Source: Eubacteriales bacterium | GTDB lineage: Bacteria > Bacillota > Clostridia > Oscillospirales > JAAYXM01 | Length of the DNA stretch: 64,000 nucleotides | Direction of reading: 5' to 3' | Assembly: GCA_045539475.1 (NCBI GenBank) | Contig: JAZQFJ010000085.1 | Span: forward strand, 22,320-86,319 | Made by a program: the position numbers and the translations under genes | Notes under the pieces: generated by a model | The model's database searches: none | What the model was told of the DNA's origin: nothing | What the model saw: the letters and a program-made list of their open reading frames with translations, nothing else | In this document: one piece after another, positions 53,571-63,104 of the stretch | Layout: the number at the start of each line of letters is the position of its first letter | How positions within the stretch are numbered: the stretch's first letter is position 1

Positions 53571-55241
53571 ATGAATATACATGAAATCCGGCAGGAGATG
53601 AAATTAAAATCTATTTATGAAATACCTATGCGTGTTACTTTTTATGCACGTGTGTCGTCTGAGAAGGATGAGCAGTTAAACTCGCTCGACAATCAGATTT
53701 CCTACTACACCAATCTTATAAAGGAAAACAAGAATTGGGAGTATGTACAAGGATACATTGACGAAGGATTATCGGGAATTTCTACTGCAAAGAGAGAAAA
53801 CTTTCACAACATGATAAATGATGCACAAGCCGGAAGGTTTGACCTTGTTATCACTAAAGAAATCTCCCGTTTTGCAAGAAATACGCTCGACAGCATCAAG
53901 TACACCCGAGACCTTCTTGGGTATGGAGTCGGTGTATTTTTTCAGAATGATAATATAAATACGCTTGATGAGGATTCGGAGCTGAGACTTACCATTATGT
54001 CGGGCATTGCTCAGGATGAGCTGAGAAAGCTATCATCACGAATTAAATTCGGTCATCAGCAAGCGATAAAGAACCATGTTGTACTTGGTAACAGCAGAAT
54101 TTTCGGGTATGACAAAAAGGATAAAAAGCTCGTTATAAACGAAGAAGAGGCGAAAATGGTTCGCGAGCTTTTTGAGCTTTATGCAACCGATGAATACAGT
54201 ATGAAGCAGATTGAAAATCTGTTTTGGGGAAAAGGGTATCGCAACCGCAACGGTAACAAAATTGCCCACTCCACTATGGCGAACACCATATCCAACCCAA
54301 AATACAAAGGGTATTATGTCGGGAACAAGGTTAAGGTTGTGGATATGTTTACAAAAAAACAGCATTTTCTCCCGCCTGAGGAATGGGTTATGTTCAAGGA
54401 TGAAACAGGAGAGCTTGTTCCTGCAATTGTGTCGGAGGAGCTTTGGGAAAAGGCGAATAAGGTTTTGGCGAAGCGGAGCAAGGATGTCAAGGATAGGCAG
54501 AATCAATGCAATCACGCAAATCTTTTGACCGGAAAGCTATATTGCACACATTGCGGGGCGGCGTATTACCGCCGTGACAGCGTTGACAAGACAGGTAGAA
54601 AGAACAGCAAATGGGTTTGCAGCGGCAAAATAAAAAACGGTGCAGAGTCCTGCCCGTCATTTCCTATATATGAAGAAGAGATAAAGCCGGTTTTGTTTGA
54701 TGTGTTCCGCGAAACCTCGAATGTTGCCGAGGATCTGGTGGAGTCTTATATTGAGATGTACCGGTCGCTTGAAAGCGACAAAAGCGATGTAAAAAAAGCG
54801 GAAGAGCTTAAGAAAAAAATTGAGCTTGAAACAAAGAAAAAAGCAAAACTGCTTGATTATAATGTGAACGGCGATATCAGCGACAGCGAATTTCTCCAAA
54901 TGAACAAACGCTGTAAGGAGCTTATTGAGCAGTATGAGCTTGAGCTTTATCAGCTTCACGAAAGGCAAAGCTCAAAAGAGGATTTTAAAAAGCATATCGA
55001 ATCCATCCGTGCGGTTTTGAAGGCAGCAGAGCGGGATGCAGAGCGAGGAATCATCACAAAGGAATTTGTGAATCAGTATATTGATAAAATCTTTGTCACG
55101 CCGGAAGGGGATGAAATGCGGCTTGAAGTAAAGATTTTCACGGGCGAGGTCTGTGAAAAATATCTCTCACATCTCAGAAGTCGTTCGGGTCAAATGATTA
55201 AGAAGATGATCGAGTCTTACGAGCAGAACTTAAGCAAGTAG
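53571..55241 (+). CDS. large serine recombinase
   Basis: YARVSSEKDEQLNSLDNQ catalytic region, recombinase domain, Zn-ribbon (CTHCGAAY...WVCSGK...C) and a C-terminal coiled coil. 556 aa. Confidence 0.95.
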   Translation: MNIHEIRQEMKLKSIYEIPMRVTFYARVSSEKDEQLNSLDNQISYYTNLIKENKNWEYVQGYIDEGLSGISTAKRENFHNMINDAQAGRFDLVITKEISRFARNTLDSIKYTRDLLGYGVGVFFQNDNINTLDEDSELRLTIMSGIAQDELRKLSSRIKFGHQQAIKNHVVLGNSRIFGYDKKDKKLVINEEEAKMVRELFELYATDEYSMKQIENLFWGKGYRNRNGNKIAHSTMANTISNPKYKGYYVGNKVKVVDMFTKKQHFLPPEEWVMFKDETGELVPAIVSEELWEKANKVLAKRSKDVKDRQNQCNHANLLTGKLYCTHCGAAYYRRDSVDKTGRKNSKWVCSGKIKNGAESCPSFPIYEEEIKPVLFDVFRETSNVAEDLVESYIEMYRSLESDKSDVKKAEELKKKIELETKKKAKLLDYNVNGDISDSEFLQMNKRCKELIEQYELELYQLHERQSSKEDFKKHIESIRAVLKAAERDAERGIITKEFVNQYIDKIFVTPEGDEMRLEVKIFTGEVCEKYLSHLRSRSGQMIKKMIESYEQNLSK

Positions 55242-55269
55242 TGATATTTCTTCTACAAAGAAATACAGC

Positions 55270-55317
55270 GAGGCTGTTGCATTTTGGTTTGTTTTAAAAC
55301 CGACTTGCAACAGCCTC
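55270..55317. other. 48-bp palindrome at the right edge of the island (terminator and/or att-like site)
   Basis: 12-bp perfect arms GAGGCTGTTGCA / TGCAACAGCCTC with a 24-nt spacer, located between the recombinase stop and the stop of the convergent envelope gene. Confidence 0.5.
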
Positions 55318-55331
55318 AACTAATTTAATAT

Positions 55332-56912
55332 TTATGCCTTATCGTGTTTGCGTTTTCTAATGTATCCGAGATAGATTACCGCCGCCGAGAATCCCCAGAA
55401 ATAAGCATTCATATAAGGAACTTCGAAAATGTTCTCGAAAAACGAATGGGAGAGGACACCAAGCTGTCCTGCAACAATTCCGCTTGCAAGAACGGAAAGC
55501 TTGTTTTTGCGCGTTTTAAAAATGCTTCTGCAGGACCACAGGAGATTTCGGAGAAGCAACCATACATACGAAACAAGCCCTAAAAGACCCATTTCAGTAA
55601 GCGTTTTCAAGTAATAGTTGTCCATATAATAATATTTGAGATTATCAATCTCCTGGTTCTGCATTGCAATTGCGCCGCCGTAACGCCCGAGACCGAAGCC
55701 GAAAAGCTTGTTCGGTCGCCAGAGTGAGAGCCCGATTTCCCAGCGCTCTCCGCGTCCGCCGGTGGCATTTGCCTCGGCGAAGTCCGAAGTGAAGAGAAAG
55801 CCGATTCTGTTTGAAATTTCCGGAACACAGAATATAATTGCTAAAATTGCCGCGCCGGCAATGAGAAGAAGCTTGCGGTCGACGAGGAGCGAGAAGACAA
55901 CAACCGCAACGGTCAGCCCAAACCACGCTCCGCGTGAGAAAGTGAAGAGCGTTGCAAGGCAGAGTATGCCGACGATTCCCCAAAGCGCACATTTAGCCCA
56001 AAGCTTTTTTACATAATACGCACAAGCTGCGAGCATCGGTGCGGTCATAACGAGAAATGCGCCCATAACGTTTGGGCTTCCGAAGATGGAGTAAACGCGG
56101 GTACGAACTCCGACCTCTGCCTGCGCAACCCATTGTGTGGGCATCGGTGCTTTTGTGATATATTGGTAGATGCCGTGAAAAGCAATAACCGTTGCCATCG
56201 CGCACATTGTAAAATAAAGCGTTCTGAAGTCATCATCGTTTTCAATAAGACGCGTGAGGACATAGAACCACAGCATAAACTGGCATACGGCACGCCAACC
56301 GCCGATTGCAGGACCCATTTTAGGAGAAACAACTGCAACAAGAAGAATGCCTACCGATACAAAAAACAGAAGTGGCATATCAACCGGTGTCACGCGCGGT
56401 TTGATTAGCTCTGACGATGTCATAATTCTGTACAGAATATATCCGATGCAGAAAATCATAAAAGCCTCATCCCATATCGAAGAGAGAAAACCGATTTTAA
56501 GCACATCGCGTACGATAACGTCAATCGGGAGATAAAGCGCGAATACGGATATGAGAAATTTTCTCATTCCCAGCTTTTTGAAAAATGAACAGATTGTGCT
56601 GTTGCAGATTATGCGGGAAGAAAAAACAGCTCTGCACGCACGAAGAAATATGCTTTCTTCAAAAGCGGGGAGAAGCTTTGCTCCAAAGCCGAAGAGAGCC
56701 TTGTTAAAACCGTAAAAAAGCTTATAAAGCTTTGAAAATACAATCTTTGGTGTTGCGGAGAAAAAAGTGTGGAATATACGCCGCGTTACCGAATCGTGAT
56801 AACAGCACTTGCAAAACGCGGTTATTTTACCGGGGATGCTCCCTTGAAAGGCGAGTGCGAAAACTGCACACAACCGCGCAATGAAGCAATTCTTAAGCAT
56901 ATTATCCATCAA
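55332..56912 (-). CDS. O-antigen ligase/polymerase-like (Wzy_C) membrane protein
   Basis: 526 aa, polytopic. The FSRGAW loop motif is typical of O-antigen ligase family proteins. Confidence 0.75.
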   Translation of the reverse strand: MMDNMLKNCFIARLCAVFALAFQGSIPGKITAFCKCCYHDSVTRRIFHTFFSATPKIVFSKLYKLFYGFNKALFGFGAKLLPAFEESIFLRACRAVFSSRIICNSTICSFFKKLGMRKFLISVFALYLPIDVIVRDVLKIGFLSSIWDEAFMIFCIGYILYRIMTSSELIKPRVTPVDMPLLFFVSVGILLVAVVSPKMGPAIGGWRAVCQFMLWFYVLTRLIENDDDFRTLYFTMCAMATVIAFHGIYQYITKAPMPTQWVAQAEVGVRTRVYSIFGSPNVMGAFLVMTAPMLAACAYYVKKLWAKCALWGIVGILCLATLFTFSRGAWFGLTVAVVVFSLLVDRKLLLIAGAAILAIIFCVPEISNRIGFLFTSDFAEANATGGRGERWEIGLSLWRPNKLFGFGLGRYGGAIAMQNQEIDNLKYYYMDNYYLKTLTEMGLLGLVSYVWLLLRNLLWSCRSIFKTRKNKLSVLASGIVAGQLGVLSHSFFENIFEVPYMNAYFWGFSAAVIYLGYIRKRKHDKA

Positions 56913-57402
56913 ATTCTACCTTCTCGATAATTGCGTTCACTTCTATTGTCTGGGTTTTGAAGATGAAGCCACGGCCGATACGGATTTCCTGAGTGCCTAT
57001 TTTCAGGATCGGATCGTTTTTCGACTGCTTTGCGTGTATTTTTATAAGAAGATCGGATTTCTGCGGGTCCTCTGCGGTGATAAACTTTCCTTCATCGCTT
57101 GTTGCTGCTGCAAGATACGGAACACTTTCTACCGATACAACCTCGGCATCAACATAGTCACTGCCCATGATAAGGCGCTCGCCCGGCTGAAGCTTTAATA
57201 CCTCTTCTTCGAGATAGTCCATTGCACCACGCACGCGCATAGTGACCGTCATATCGGATTTGGGAGCGATTACATCGCTTGCCGCGGGCGCTGCAAGCTT
57301 ATATACAGCAGCGACAGCAACAATAGCGATACACAGGAGAATTACGAGGTCTATGACGTTTATAACGCCAAAAAGCTTTCCTTTTTCGTTTACGATTTTC
57401 AT
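56902..57402 (-). CDS. DUF4330-like single-pass membrane protein
   Basis: N-terminus GKLFGVINVIDLVILLCIAIV matches my recollection of DUF4330. 166 aa. Confidence 0.6.
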   Translation of the reverse strand: MKIVNEKGKLFGVINVIDLVILLCIAIVAVAAVYKLAAPAASDVIAPKSDMTVTMRVRGAMDYLEEEVLKLQPGERLIMGSDYVDAEVVSVESVPYLAAATSDEGKFITAEDPQKSDLLIKIHAKQSKNDPILKIGTQEIRIGRGFIFKTQTIEVNAIIEKVEFDG

Positions 57403-57518
57403 AATTTAATTTTCCTTTCGTTTTATATTACTTGACCGATTACGAGTTATATTATATAATAATTGTAAAGATATAACAACTGTTTTTTTGTAAATTTTTC
57501 AAAAAAGAGGGAATTCAT

Positions 57519-59741
57519 TTGAAAATACTGCATATGATAGGCGGCGGCGATGTGGGTGGCGCAAAAACGCACGTTCTTTCGCTTGTTGCGAAGCTTGCGG
57601 AAGAAAACGAGGTTCTTCTGGTCAGCTTCCGCGAAGGAGAGTTTGCAGACGATGCGAGGAAGATGGGGATAAATACTCTTGTCATAAAGAGCGCAAATCC
57701 GCTGCGCGACGTCAGAAAACTTCGGCAAACAATAAAAGACGGCAATTTTGATATTATCCATTGCCACGGTGCAAAAGCAAATGTTATGGCAACGCTTATA
57801 AAACGCCATATCCGCGTGCCGGTTATAACTACCGTTCACAGCGATTACAGGCTTGACTATATGGGCAATATTATAAAGCTTCTTACTAACGGCTTGCTAA
57901 ATACCGTGGCGCTTCGCGCACTTGACGGATATATCGGGGTTACGGATGCGTTTGTGGATCTTCTTATTGAGCGCGGATTTGACCCGCACAAGCTTTATAC
58001 CCTCAATAACGGCATTGATTTTAAAACCCCGCCTGCTCCAAAGGTATCAAAGGCAGAGTATCTTGCGCAGTTCGGAATACAGCTTGCCGAAAATACGGTT
58101 GTTTGCGGCATTGCGGCACGCTTTCATCCGGTAAAGGATATTGCAACTGCTGTTCGGGCGGTTGCGTCTGTTCGTGAAAGCTGTCCGGAGCTGTATCTTC
58201 TCCTCGGCGGAGACGGAGAACAGGCGGAAATGCTGAAAAGCCTTGTTTCGGAGCTTGGTCTTTCTGACAGAGTTATTTTCGTTGGATGGATAGAGGATAT
58301 GGATTCATTCCTTAATGCGGTGGACATAAGCGTTATTTCGTCTGTGAGCGAAGGATTTCCGTACAGCATCTTAGAGTCTGCCCGTGCAAAATGCACAATG
58401 GTTTCGACTCCTGTCGGCGCGATGCCGGAGGTGATTGATAACGGTATTAATGGTTTACTTTTTGATATCGGAGATGTTCAGGGGCTTGCACAGCATCTGG
58501 AAATGCTGTATAACGACCGCGATGCCTGCCGTGAATATGCGGACAAGCTTTATGAAAAAGCAAGCACAAAATATTCCTTTGAGGCAATGGTTTCGGCACA
58601 GCTTTCCATATACGAACGTGCGCTTGAGATGTATTCGCATAAAAAGAAGAAACGCACGCAAGTCACTGTGTGCGGCTCATACGGAAGAGGAAATGCGGGG
58701 GATGACGCGATACTGAAAGCGGTTATCCGTGAAATACGCGAGGTCAGCCCGGCTTCGGAAATATGCGTGATGTCAAAAAATCCTGCCGAGACGAAAAAGA
58801 GATACCGTGTCCGCTCAATATACACATTTAATATACTTAAAATGCTCCGCGCTTTTTCGCGCTCGCATTTGTATATAAACGGCGGAGGAAGCCTTATTCA
58901 GGACTCAACCTCAAGCCGCTCGCTGTACTTTTATCTTCTCACTCTTATGTCAGCACGTATTTGCGGTTGTAAAGTGATGATGTACGGTTGTGGCATAGGA
59001 CCGGTGAAAAGAAAGAAAAACCGCGCTCTTGCCGCGAGGGTTATTGACAAGAATGTTGATTGTATAACGCTTCGCGATCCGGATTCCTTTGAAGAGCTTC
59101 GGGACATGAGGGTTTCACGTCCTGAAATGAAGCTTGCGGCAGATCCGACGCTTGGAATTGCTCCGGCAAGTGATCTGGAAATTAGCGCAGCTCTCAGTGC
59201 AGAAGGGATCGCGGAGAATGAAAAATACCTTTGCCTTTGTATGCGTAATTGGAAAAATATTGATGCTGTGCTTAATGAAATAGCCGTTGCGGCGGATTAT
59301 GCCGCGGAAAAGCACGGACTGAAGATTGCCCTCATCCCGATGGAACGCAAAAAGGATTTGCCGATTGCAGAGCGGCTGGCAGAAAAAATTTCGGCACCGT
59401 CGGTTATTGTGAGGGGAGAATATGACGTCCATTCCGTTATCGGCATATTGTCGAAAATGCACGTTATAATGGCAATGCGGCTTCATGCGCTTGTTTTCGG
59501 AGCGGGACAAGGCGTGCCGACAATCGGCATTGCATATGACCATAAGGTGACAGGGTTTATGAACTATATCGGCAGAGAAATGTGCGTGCAGTATGAGGAG
59601 TGCAATGCGGAAATCCTGAAAGCCTTCATTGACCGTACAGCAGATGATGCAGAATATAATGATGCAATGAAACGCGCGTGCATTACACTTCGCGAAAACG
59701 AAAAGCAAAACACGGAAGAGCTGAGAAAATTTTTCAAATAA
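57519..59741 (+). CDS. GT4 glycosyltransferase fused to polysaccharide pyruvyl transferase (CsaB-like)
   Basis: 740 aa. The N-terminal half is GT4-like (GGDG...SEGFPYSILESARA...). The C-terminal half starts VTVCGSYGRGNAGDDAIL, typical of CsaB/PS_pyruv_trans. TTG start 6 nt after AGAGGGA. Confidence 0.8.
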   Translation: MKILHMIGGGDVGGAKTHVLSLVAKLAEENEVLLVSFREGEFADDARKMGINTLVIKSANPLRDVRKLRQTIKDGNFDIIHCHGAKANVMATLIKRHIRVPVITTVHSDYRLDYMGNIIKLLTNGLLNTVALRALDGYIGVTDAFVDLLIERGFDPHKLYTLNNGIDFKTPPAPKVSKAEYLAQFGIQLAENTVVCGIAARFHPVKDIATAVRAVASVRESCPELYLLLGGDGEQAEMLKSLVSELGLSDRVIFVGWIEDMDSFLNAVDISVISSVSEGFPYSILESARAKCTMVSTPVGAMPEVIDNGINGLLFDIGDVQGLAQHLEMLYNDRDACREYADKLYEKASTKYSFEAMVSAQLSIYERALEMYSHKKKKRTQVTVCGSYGRGNAGDDAILKAVIREIREVSPASEICVMSKNPAETKKRYRVRSIYTFNILKMLRAFSRSHLYINGGGSLIQDSTSSRSLYFYLLTLMSARICGCKVMMYGCGIGPVKRKKNRALAARVIDKNVDCITLRDPDSFEELRDMRVSRPEMKLAADPTLGIAPASDLEISAALSAEGIAENEKYLCLCMRNWKNIDAVLNEIAVAADYAAEKHGLKIALIPMERKKDLPIAERLAEKISAPSVIVRGEYDVHSVIGILSKMHVIMAMRLHALVFGAGQGVPTIGIAYDHKVTGFMNYIGREMCVQYEECNAEILKAFIDRTADDAEYNDAMKRACITLRENEKQNTEELRKFFK

Positions 59742-59757
59742 AAGAGGTAAAGTTGAA

Positions 59758-60912
59758 ATGAACAAAATAGTATGTCTTTCCACAAGCTGTTATCATCCGT
59801 TTCCGACGAGAAAGCAGCACGTGATGAACAGGATTTCAGCAGAGGAAATTCTGTATTTTGACCCGCCGGTCACATACCTTGCACCGTTAAAGGACAAGAC
59901 GGCATGGAAACGGCTTTTTATGTACCGCAAACCGGGAGAGGTGGGTGTAAGGGATAATCTCACCGTATATGCTACGCCGCCGATGCTCCCGTTTTTCAAC
60001 AAAAACAGATTTATAAACAAGATAAATCAGCGTCGAATGGCTCGGTTTGTGAGAAAGAAGATGAAGCTTCACGGCTTTGAAAATCCTATTTTATGGTGCT
60101 ATTCCCCGACGTCTGCCGATGCGGCACCGTATATCCCGCACAGCGCGCTTGTATATGACTGCGTTGACCGCCACAGCGCATACAAGGGGCTTATCAACGA
60201 AGATGTTGTAAACAGTCTTGAAAAGGATTTGTGCGAACAGGCTAATACCGTGTTTTCAACGGCGATCGGACTGCACGACACGCTTTCACAGTATAATGAG
60301 AATGCGGTAATGCTTCCGAATGGAGTAAACTTTGAGCACTTTAACCGTGCGGCAAATGAGACTTTTGAAGTTCCGGCTGATATGAAGGAGATAAAGCGTC
60401 CGATAATGGGTTTCGTCGGTATGCTTCAGGAATGTATTGACTATGACAAGATAGAGTATATCGCAAAAACGCGTCCGGAGTGGTCTGTGGTGCTTGTCGG
60501 GAAACCCTTGCCGGGAGTAAATCTTGATTATCTTAAGCAGTATGAGAACATACATTTCCTCGGACTTAAAAAATATGACGAGCTTCCTGCGTACATACAG
60601 AACTTTGATGTGTGCCTTAACGTGTTCCGTGACGGAAACCTCTCGCGCGATGTAAGCCCGCTTAAGTTCTACGAATATCTTGCAACCGGAAAGGCAGTTG
60701 TCAGCACACCGCAGCCGGAGCAGGTTCTTGGCTATGCCGATGCAGTTTACATTGCATACGGTGAAGAGGACTTTGTGAAGAAATGCGAGGAGGCGCTCGC
60801 GGAACCGGACGATGTAAAGCAAAATATGCGCATTGATTACGCGCGTGCATGTTCGTGGGATGCGAGAGTCCGTCAAATGGAAGAAATTCTGGAAAAGAAC
60901 GGTGTGAAATAA
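59758..60912 (+). CDS. glycosyltransferase (GT1/GT4-like, TuaH-type)
   Basis: 384 aa. N-terminus IVCLSTSCYHPFPTRKQHVMNRIS is typical of this GT group. The C-terminal nucleotide-sugar-binding fold contains FYEYLATGKAVVST. Confidence 0.7.
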   Translation: MNKIVCLSTSCYHPFPTRKQHVMNRISAEEILYFDPPVTYLAPLKDKTAWKRLFMYRKPGEVGVRDNLTVYATPPMLPFFNKNRFINKINQRRMARFVRKKMKLHGFENPILWCYSPTSADAAPYIPHSALVYDCVDRHSAYKGLINEDVVNSLEKDLCEQANTVFSTAIGLHDTLSQYNENAVMLPNGVNFEHFNRAANETFEVPADMKEIKRPIMGFVGMLQECIDYDKIEYIAKTRPEWSVVLVGKPLPGVNLDYLKQYENIHFLGLKKYDELPAYIQNFDVCLNVFRDGNLSRDVSPLKFYEYLATGKAVVSTPQPEQVLGYADAVYIAYGEEDFVKKCEEALAEPDDVKQNMRIDYARACSWDARVRQMEEILEKNGVK

Positions 60913-60929
60913 GAAAGGGGAAATAAATT

Positions 60930-61751
60930 ATGAATTCGTTTAACACAATGGCATATTCTGTGAATTGGGCGGCAATTCTTGCCGTAGTGCTGCCGATAAT
61001 TAAGGTGGCTGCAATTTTGGTTATAGGTCATTTCCTCATTGCATATGCGGTTAAGCTGATAAAGCGTTGGTTCGACAAATCCAAGCTTGATCCGTCGCTT
61101 ATATCCTTTTTGACGAAGGCAATAAGAATTATTCTGTATGTTCTTCTTGCTGTTTCCGCTCTTGGAAGCATCGGCATTTCCACAACGGGAATTATTGCTG
61201 CGCTTTCTGCTGCGGGGCTTGCCATTGCCGTTGCTCTGAAGGATTCGCTTTCAAATGTTGCCGGAGGAATTCTTCTTCTCGTTGCGCCACGTTTTTCGAC
61301 GGGAGACTTTATCGAAGCGGGCGGGGACTCCGGAACGGTTGTAAAGGTTGATCTTCTTCATACTCTTGTACGTACACCCGATAACCGTCAGATAAGCATT
61401 CCGAACGGTGTTCTTATAAACAGCCATATCACAAACTACTCACGTGAGGCAGTGCGCCGTGTTGATATAATATTCCAGATTGCATATGAGTCCGACGCTG
61501 AGAAGGCAAAGGAAATTGCACTGCAGACTATTCACGCTCATTCCTGCACGCTTACCGAGCCGGAAGCGCCTATGGCAAGAGTTTCGGGATATGGCGACAG
61601 CTCTGTGAATGTTGCAACGCGCACATGGTGCAACAGCGCAGACTACTGGACACTGTATTTTGACCTCACCGAGCAGGTTCGTGCGGCATTTGAAGCAAAC
61701 GGAATAAGCATTCCGTACAACCAGCTCGATGTACATATAAAAGAAAGATAG
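60930..61751 (+). CDS. mechanosensitive ion channel (MscS family)
   Basis: Three N-terminal TM helices followed by FSTGDFIEAGGDSGTVVKVDLLHTLVRTPDNRQISIPNG. 273 aa. Confidence 0.9.
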   Translation: MNSFNTMAYSVNWAAILAVVLPIIKVAAILVIGHFLIAYAVKLIKRWFDKSKLDPSLISFLTKAIRIILYVLLAVSALGSIGISTTGIIAALSAAGLAIAVALKDSLSNVAGGILLLVAPRFSTGDFIEAGGDSGTVVKVDLLHTLVRTPDNRQISIPNGVLINSHITNYSREAVRRVDIIFQIAYESDAEKAKEIALQTIHAHSCTLTEPEAPMARVSGYGDSSVNVATRTWCNSADYWTLYFDLTEQVRAAFEANGISIPYNQLDVHIKER

Positions 61752-61775
61752 AATACGAATAAAACAGAAGAAAAT

Positions 61776-61807
61776 GCTCACGGCAAATTCATGCCGCGAG
61801 CTTTTTT
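61776..61807. terminator. terminator between the mscS-like gene and araC
   Basis: GCTCACGGCA / TGCCGCGAGC (one mismatch) followed by T6. Confidence 0.7.
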
Positions 61808-61813
61808 ATCGTG

Positions 61814-62857
61814 CTATTTAAATTTCCGGTGAGGATCAATTACTCCGATTGAGTTGTTGTGGAATATTTCGATTTCTTCATTTTTCATAACATTGAGCCA
61901 ACTGAGCTCTGACATATAACGCTGAAAGAAAGCTTCTCCATGGGTACGGCTGCGCTCAAGCAAATACGCACGAAGCTCGAGAGGTGAGAGACCGGTTGCG
62001 TTTTTTATAACATGGCGCATATGGCTGACATCGTAAAAGCCGCATTCCGCTGCAATATCTGCAAGAGAAAGAGTGCTGTAACGCATAAGGTTGACTACCC
62101 TCAACATTCGTGTGTTGTTATAAAAACTATGAAAGGTTTGTCCTGTGCATTCTCTGAATTTCCCTCCGAAAGACCTTTGTGACATAAAAGAAACTTTTGA
62201 TATTTCGGAAAGCGTGAGCTCGCGTGTTGCGTTTTCGTTTATAAATTCTGTTGCGTTTTTTATAATCTCAAGTTGCTCTTTTGCGCGCAGAAGCTTAATG
62301 GAAGAGAGTTTCTCCGGCGTGTTTCGCAGCATAAGCTCAAAAATTTTGGAAATATTATTGTAAATTTTATCGAGGTTCATATCAAGCTTTTGGGAACGTT
62401 CGGAATAGATTTCTTCGAAAAGAATATCTGCACATTCCTTCTCTTTGCCGGAAAGGGAAACATAAGGAGAAAGCAAAAACTTGTCAAAGACAGATGACAT
62501 ATAGCTCAATGGTTGGTATGGCATTATGTTTTTGTCTTGAAGATCTTCAAAAATATCTATAGATATGATTCGCGCGTTTTCAAGGTTAAGATCAGATGAA
62601 TCTACGGAATGGATAGTAAAAGGATGTATCAACAAAAGGCTTCCTGGTGTCTGGATGATTTTTTCACCATTTACTATTTGGGTATATGTACCGGAAACTG
62701 TATACCAAAGCTGGGTGAAATCATGCCAATGAGGGCCATCAATAAGCAAGCGGTCAAGCACGCTTATGGAAAACGGCAACACACGGCTTGTTATTAACTT
62801 TTTTTTCAGTGCGGGTCTTGCTGTGTTTCCGGGAATAGATGACGGTAGTATGTTCAC
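61814..62857 (-). CDS. AraC family transcriptional regulator
   Basis: C-terminal double HTH (ISKVSFMSQRSFGGKFRECTGQTF...IAAECGFYDVSHMRHVIKNATGLSPLELR). GTG start after AGGGAG. Confidence 0.85.
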   Translation of the reverse strand: MNILPSSIPGNTARPALKKKLITSRVLPFSISVLDRLLIDGPHWHDFTQLWYTVSGTYTQIVNGEKIIQTPGSLLLIHPFTIHSVDSSDLNLENARIISIDIFEDLQDKNIMPYQPLSYMSSVFDKFLLSPYVSLSGKEKECADILFEEIYSERSQKLDMNLDKIYNNISKIFELMLRNTPEKLSSIKLLRAKEQLEIIKNATEFINENATRELTLSEISKVSFMSQRSFGGKFRECTGQTFHSFYNNTRMLRVVNLMRYSTLSLADIAAECGFYDVSHMRHVIKNATGLSPLELRAYLLERSRTHGEAFFQRYMSELSWLNVMKNEEIEIFHNNSIGVIDPHRKFK

Positions 62858-63104
62858 GCTTGCTCACTCCCTTCTTTTTATTTAATTATACCCCGAAGTG
62901 TAACGTGGTGTCAAGAGTGAAAACCAAGAGAGGGATTCTGGAAAAGCTTGCGGGAATTTACCTTTGCTTTTCTTTGCGGAAATGTTACAATAATGGTGTT
63001 CAATACGGCGACTTTGCCGTGTGTAAAGCTTGCGCTTTTTCCTGAAAACAGGATAAAACCGTGGGATTAAATATTAAAAAATGTATTTTAGGAGGAAAAA
63101 CAAA

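Larger units (their letters stand above)
38336..55317. mobile_element. about 17-kb serine-recombinase genomic island (defence/accessory cargo)
   Basis: A large serine recombinase sits at the right end. The island also carries a resolvase, Xis-like HTH, Mor-like regulator, Fic x2, type I R-M and amidoligase genes. It is visibly AT-richer than its flanks. Both proposed ends carry ~50-bp palindromes with 12-bp perfect arms. Confidence 0.55.

Noticed and set aside
57447-60876. Minus-strand ORFs 57447..57839, 59115..59783 and 60286..60876 overlapping the GT4-CsaB and GT genes.
   Set aside because: They are antisense to ORFs with clear glycosyltransferase and pyruvyl-transferase motifs. They have no RBSs and implausible composition.
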